From positions 366,526-430,525 of the forward strand of contig NIVC01000947.1 of the NCBI GenBank assembly GCA_002269645.1: a stretch of 64,000 nt of DNA, written 5' to 3'. Position numbers and translations under genes: made by a program. The stretch is from Macrostomum lignano (lineage: Eukaryota). This document shows, piece by piece, positions 57,791 to 64,000 of this stretch; the stretch's first letter is position 1; every line of letters begins with the position of its first letter. Under the pieces are notes generated by a model. It ran no database searches and was not told the origin of the DNA. It worked only from the letters and a program-made list of their open reading frames with translations.

Positions 57791-60700
57791 AAAGCGTGGG
57801 TATTTTAGCAGCTTTTGCATCGGTGGTGAAGAATCAATGTTATTTGCGATAAAACTTCTTTTCTTAACGCACAGGCGCTACAATCTGCCTGAAGCTAATG
57901 AGGTCGGCATCATTCGCGCGACCTCGCGCGATGTTTTGATTGAGCTTCGCCATCCAGAAGACGGAAACCACAGGCGTTACCATTCAGTCTCAGTGACCCA
58001 TCGGGCCTACGACGCACTGCAGTACTTGCTGCTTTTGCCGTACGGACAAGACGGCTAGCATCCGGAACTGCGAATGACCAATGGCGGAAGGCTGACGCCC
58101 AGAAAGTATTACGCTGGCGAAGTTATGGTGCGGCCGGACCGGTTCAATCCGCTTCTGTATGGTCGGCGCCTGTTTCAGCAGTATCTCGTGGATATGTGCG
58201 CCAAAATTGAGGCAGAGAGATTAACGTACCTGCGCACGCACTAAGACGACCTTCGCAGCGAAACGTACAGCGGCCTGCGAGACGCGCTGTTTGCTGAGGA
58301 CGGATTGCGAAAGGATTCCAACCCCAATGAGGTCGGAAAGCCAGTCATTTTGTCGTCAAGCTTTGTTGGCGGGCCTCGCTATATGATGGAGCGACTGCAG
58401 GATGCAATGGCCTACGTGCATAAGTTTGGCAAGCCAGACTTGTTCGTAACAGCCACCTGCAACCCGAAGTGGCAGGAGATTACCGACGAGCTGCTGCCCG
58501 GACAGAAGCCAGAGGACAGGCCTGACATTGTCACTAGGGTGCTTGAGCTGAAAAAGAAGGCTCTGATGGCCCAGCTCAAGACATGCTTTGGAAAGGTGGC
58601 TGCACACGTCTGCGCTCTGGAGTGCCAGAAGCGCGGTGAGTCAGTTTACAGTACGCGTATATTGCAATAGAAGGATATGAAATTTTCGTTACATTTTTGC
58701 AAGTTTTGAGAAATTTGTTCATGCTGTGCTTTCTTAGCTTTAGGATGAAGTGCTTTTTTCTGAAAGGAATGCTCATGAGTATTTCAAATTATTCCCCAGA
58801 GAGATGTATTGTACATAAAACAGACTCACACTAGCAACTTGTACCTGACACAGCATTGTATGATTCATTTGTGCAACTCAGGTCTGCCGCATGTGCATGT
58901 ACTGCTCTGGATGGTCAGCCGGGATAGAGTGACTCCTGACCGATACGACGAGATTGTTTCGGCGGAGATTCCGGATCCCCATACTCAACCGGAACTGCAT
59001 GAACTTGTCAAAACCCATTTGATTCACGAGCCATGTGTTAAGGTGAATCCCAATTGTCCCTGCATGGAAAATGGCAAGTGTAGCAAGGAATTTCCAAAGG
59101 ATTTCCTGCCGGCTACAATGTTCACTGACGCTGGCTACCCGCGGTACAGAAGGCGTTCCCCAGAAATGGGCGGATTCGAGGTAGACAAGCCGTTCAGAGG
59201 CGCAAGCGTCCGCATGGACAATCGGTATGTGCTCTGTGCAACACATGAAACTCCTTCCTTAGATTGCACCTGGCATTGATGCTCACTCTTTGACAATTTA
59301 TATCCCACCAGTTCAACGCTCACTCTGTGGAATTCGGTTGATTTTATCTTCTATTTTCTGAATTGTCATTGTGCTTTGCATTCTATTATTTACTATTAAC
59401 TGTATAATCGTATTTATTGCATTTCGTGTTAAAAATACTTATTGTTCGTATTAATAATTTATTATTATGAAATTCATTCACAACTGAAATTCATTAATTG
59501 AGTTTTCAAAGACATTCACATTTACAATGAACAATGCCGTGATCATTGACTCAACACAATTTTTCTTTTTTTGATTCAATTTAGGTCTGTCGTGCCTTAT
59601 AACCCGAGTTTGCTGCTGGAGTTTGCATGTCACAATAATGTGGAGATCAGTGCCACAGTCAAGTCCGTCAAGTACATAATTAAGTATTTGCTGAAGAATG
59701 GCGACATGGCGACTTTCCGAGTGACACGGGCCAACAATTCGCCACAGCCAGAGCAGGCGGGAAACGCGGAGACGCCGCAGCCGGCTGATCAGCAGCAGAA
59801 TCAGCCTGTACCAGTTCGAGACGAAATCTCAGAGTACCTGTCCGCTCGATACATAGGACCAATGGAAGCTGTTAATATCATTCTGGGATTTGAAGTAAGT
59901 CTACAAAGTTTACTTGTATACTCGTAGATTTTTATTTTCACTTTCTCCCGCTGACTGCTCTTGCATAAGGCTGTTGAGTCTCGATTTTCAATCTGCTGCA
60001 TATTTTAGAACACCCGGAATGCTGACCAAGTCAGGAAAAAAAGTAATGCACGTACGATCGTAGCCTGAGAACTTATCAACTGTAGCACCTAATCCTTCAT
60101 GAATATAATTTTCTATCATAGTTACCTGACAACAGTACAGTAATTTCTGTTAATAGCATGTTTGGTGCAGTGCCTGATTTGTGTATTGTTTGCCTTAACT
60201 GCATCCAAGCAGCGAAGTTTTCTAACTGCAGTGAGCTACAGTTTTTGGAATTCCAACATTCCACCAGGTGCACAACAGGTTCCCAGCGGTTATTCGTCTC
60301 TGCGTTCACGAGCGAAATAAGCAGCTGGTGTATTTCAACGAAGCCACCGCGAGCGTCAGGGCAAGGGCGCCGAGAGATTCGACGCTAACGGCTTTTTTTA
60401 ACCTGTGCCGAACTGACGAGTTTGCTCGGACTCTAATACACGGAAATACCGTCCTACTTCATCTGCACCAGAGCGCCAGAGAGTGGCGTCGGGCCAAGCG
60501 GGGCCAGCAAGTCGAAGGACATCCAGGTGTGTAGCGCAACACCAACATTTCACGGATGTATACGGTGTCTCCAAGGGCAGGAGAGCTGTTCTTCGTCCGC
60601 CTCCTTCTGCTGCATGTGCGGGGACCGACCAGCTATGAGGCACTGCGGACTGTCGATGGCGTGCTGCACAACCATGCGAGAGATGCTTGCATGGCTCTCG

Positions 60701-63700
60701 GCTTGCTGCAGCGAGACGACCACTGGCACAGATGCTTGGTAGAAGCTGTGCAGTCGCGGATGCCCAGAGCTGTACGACACCTGCTTGCAGTCATTCTCGA
60801 GTGGGGCGAGCCGCAAGATGGAAAGGAGCTGTGGAACAGCTTCGCAGAGGACCTGTGCGAGGACTTCCGCTATCGCCACCCGGACCTGAGCGTCGAGGAA
60901 GTGACAGACATGGCACTGCGCGAAGTGCAGAACATGCTGACATCAATGGGCGGACGAAGCTTGGCAGAGTACGGGTTGCCTGCCGCGTCTGCTGCACCCT
61001 ATGTTGGACCTCTGCAGTTCGACACCGCCGAGCAGGCTGAAATCGCGGAGATGCGAGTGCCGCAGCTGACCGACGAGCAGCGGGCTGCGTATGAGGCCAT
61101 CACTGCTGACCTGAGTGCCGGCTCCGGCGGCCTGCACTTCGTGGATGCCCCTGCAGGAACTGGAAAGACGTTCTTGCTGGAGGTGCTGCTGGCCTTCGTG
61201 CGTGGCCAAGGCAACGTTGCCATTGCATTCGCTTCGTCTGGTATTGCGGCCACACTGCTGCCTGGTGGACAGACTGCCCATTCAGCGTGAGTTTCTTAAG
61301 TGAATAGTGCTTTATCTCAGATTTGTGCATTGTTTTGTCTCAAGTTTCTGGTTAGGTTAGTCCTGCAAATCCAAAGAATGGATGAGCCATTTGGCGATAT
61401 TGTCTGTTCCTTCGGCAGATTCGGAATTCCGGTTCGCCTGGTTCGGCAGGATGGAGATGTTTGTTCCATCGGCGCTCAGTCGCGAAAGGCTGCCCTGTTC
61501 AGGAACGCGAGTCTCATTGACTGGGATGAGATCTCCATGAGCAACCGGAAAGACTTGGAGGCTGTCGACCGGACACTGCGAGACGTGCGCAAGCAGAATG
61601 TTCCGTTCGGAGGGATTGTTTTCGTGTGTTGCGTAGACTTTCGGCAGCTGCTTCCGGTCGTTAAAAATGGAACCAGGGCGAACAACGTTGAAGCCTGTGC
61701 GAGCAGGTCCAAGCTGTGGAATTCATTCCGACGTCACAGGCTGACAGGAAACATTCGGCTGCATTATAGCTCTGATACTGCACTGTCGGAGCGGTACTCG
61801 CAGCTGCTGATGCAGGTAAATATTTGAAGTGTTTTAACTAGCGTTTATATTGGATTTCTTTTACTGTATATTTCGCATTGTATGTTTGTGTTCAACTATG
61901 TGATCATCTATTTCTTCAGATCGGTTCAGGTTCTATCCAGGAGGACTCGGAGGGCAATATTCCTCTTCCGCTTGAGATCCTGCTGCCGGAAGATGCCTCA
62001 CTAAGAGATCTAATCGAGTTCGTGTATCCCTCTTTCGAAGCTTCTGACGCCAGAGACGGTTACTTTGCCAACAGAGCTATCCTGGCGCCTTACAACGAGG
62101 GCCGTTGATGCCATCAACAATGAGTGCCTGGCCATGTTTCCGGGAAGCGTGCGGGAGTTTAAGTCCATTGACAGTGTGGCTGATGATGACTCAGCCACGC
62201 ACTTCCCTCCAGAGCTACTCAATAGGTTGGAGGCACCGAACCTGCCGAAACACCTGCTCAAGTTCAAGGTGGGCATTCCGGTGGTGCTGCTGCGAAATAT
62301 TAACCCGCCTCGGCTGTGCAACGGCACGCGGCTGATCGTCATGTCGCTGGGGGACAACGTGCTGCGCTGCAAGGTGGCGGCTGGCCAGTTCTCTGGCGAC
62401 GAGATCCTGCTGCCCCGGATTCCGCTGCAGCCGAACAATGCCGATCTGCCTGTGTGCTTCAAGCGGCTGCAGTTTCCCGTGAGGCCAAGCTTCTGCCTGA
62501 CTGTTCAAAAAGCTCAGGTAAAATAGCTGATTATTTTTAACAGTTTTTACAAGTAAGTTATTTTGGAGGTGACATTTAAGCGAAATTTCAAATCGGATAC
62601 ATTTTACAGTGACAATCGCTGGAGACCGTTGGCATTGAACTCGTGGAAGGCTGCTTCGCCCACGGACAGCTGTACACAGCACTTTCTCGGGCTAAAGATG
62701 CTTCCAATGTTCGCGTTCGGATTTCCGGTTACAAGACGAGGAACATTGTGTATCCAGAGGTACTGTCTGGAGATTAGACTTATCAGCTAAACGTGAGAGT
62801 GAGACTTATCATATATGGTTTTTTGATTTTACCAGCAGGAAATTTTGAACTCCAGAAATTGCGTTCATTTTTAAAAAGGTAAAATACAATACTTATATGC
62901 TCAAAGCAATTGAGTAACAATTGGTTGTTAAGCTTGATTATATAGTTTCTCTGCAATATCATTTGCAACCGGGTTTCATGTTTGTTGCTGGTGCGAGTCA
63001 CTGGTGGTGGTTTACCTTTTTGTTTTGCTATTTGCAGTTGTGAGCGAAGTTCAAAAGTGCCGTTTCAATCTTAAGCAAATCATTATATTTTCTATCAATA
63101 GTACCATGTGTAAGCATTGTAGTATACATGACGTTCTGAGAAATTTCAAAGAATAGGAAACAGAGAGAGAGAGAGTCAATTACTATGCAATTATTAGCAA
63201 ATGGTGAACAGTAGCGTAGGAAACTAGGGTAGTATAAACAGCAATTGCTGTAAATTTGACTTTAAGTTGTTAATATATACGATGCACTTACTAGCGTCAG
63301 CAAATTGGGTCACTCCGTGTTTCGGATGGATTACTGTTACAACGGCTAAACGGCACTTAAGAAGTTAAGCCTGAATGTAGCTTTTCTGACAAGTATGCTG
63401 TAGGGGTTCCACCATTTGCTCCACCTCATGTATTTTATTTTTGGTGGTAGACTTGTCGGATTTATCACTCACAATTACTGTGATAAGATTACAGCTCAGC
63501 CGTTGATGACTTAGAATTCATCAACAAGGTGGACTTGATCTGCTGTGCTGGAAGAGTCACTGCTGTTGAGTTATTCTTCTGTTGCTTGAATGCACTTTTC
63601 TAAGCGCAACGCTACAGTCTACCTGGCTTTAAATATGGGCACACACCCAAGAAAATTGATCATCCGTCTTTACTACGAGTTTAGGCTAGGGGCCTGGGAT

Positions 63701-64000
63701 GCATAGGAAGGATGCAATAGTCATTAGTAATGCTAGGTGTCAACGTGTTTACTTCGGATTATTCGCACTTTGAATTACAACACAAAATACAATAAACTAC
63801 AATTTCATTTTCTGCGATGGACTCATAGCTAGGTACAAAGAAGTTTTGCGCTTAAGACTGAAGCTCAACGACTTCAATTTAACGCCTAAGCCCATTTTTG
63901 TTAATTTTTGTTGTGGAGCCCGATTTTTTCTATAGAGATGTTCCCGATTTTCCGGAATAGCTGTCTGATATGCTTTGCTTTATATTGCTGTGCATATTAT

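Larger units (their letters stand above)
52820..62777 (+). pseudogene. Helitron RepHel gene (23-aa repeats, OTU protease, Cys-rich zinc motif, HUH Rep, PIF1 helicase), about 10 exons, disrupted
   Basis: Exons 52820-53531, ~53714-54219, 54724-55319, 57875-58635, 58882-59224, 59585-59894, 60268-61286, 61419-61815, 61920-62517 and 62610-62777. Motifs SSFVGGPRYM, GKPDLFVTATCNPKW, QKRG|LPHVHVLLW, DAPAGTGKTFL, DEISM, DFRQLLPV, RLQFPV, HGQLYTALSR. Junction phases are consistent from exon 3 onward. In-frame stops (~58057, ~58242, 62610) and frameshifts are present. Confidence 0.9.
44890..64000 (+). mobile_element. Large Helitron (rolling-circle transposon) carrying RPA1-like and RepHel genes; 3' end not located
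   Basis: Helitron-like 5' segment (CTATACTAAATCTCTAAAGTCTGTCTATCTGTCTGTC) at ~44893, followed by co-oriented RPA1-like and RepHel genes. Including the RPA gene in the same element is an inference. Confidence 0.6.

Overview
This is eukaryotic (invertebrate animal-like) genomic DNA; the species cannot be determined from the sequence. The first ~17 kb holds host genes whose introns are packed with minisatellites: the 3' exons of an unknown Q/S-rich protein (+), a two-exon C-type-lectin-domain type I membrane protein (-) and a four-exon VIP36/LMAN2-like L-type lectin (-). The remaining ~47 kb is a nested transposon landscape. It includes a CCCAG-type EnSpm non-autonomous element (containing a MULE MITE and a SINE), a Gypsy integrase relic, a decayed I/Jockey-type LINE whose ORF1 carries an AlkB (2OG-Fe(II)) domain, and a FLYWCH-MULE fragment. 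It also includes two near-intact, divergent Ingi-like (APE-RT-RNase H) retroposons in tandem, and a large intron-rich Helitron (RPA1-like gene plus STPR-repeat/OTU/Rep/PIF1 gene) invaded by LTR elements. The standout is the Ingi-like pair (32947-41989). Both sit between three copies of one 12-bp target duplication inside an interrupted exon, both start with a covarying HDV-like ribozyme, and both encode an isolated ubiquitin C-terminal motif (VLRLRGG) just before the endonuclease, where relatives use a 2A peptide. This suggests deubiquitinase-mediated polyprotein processing. All calls come from manual reading; no database searches were run.
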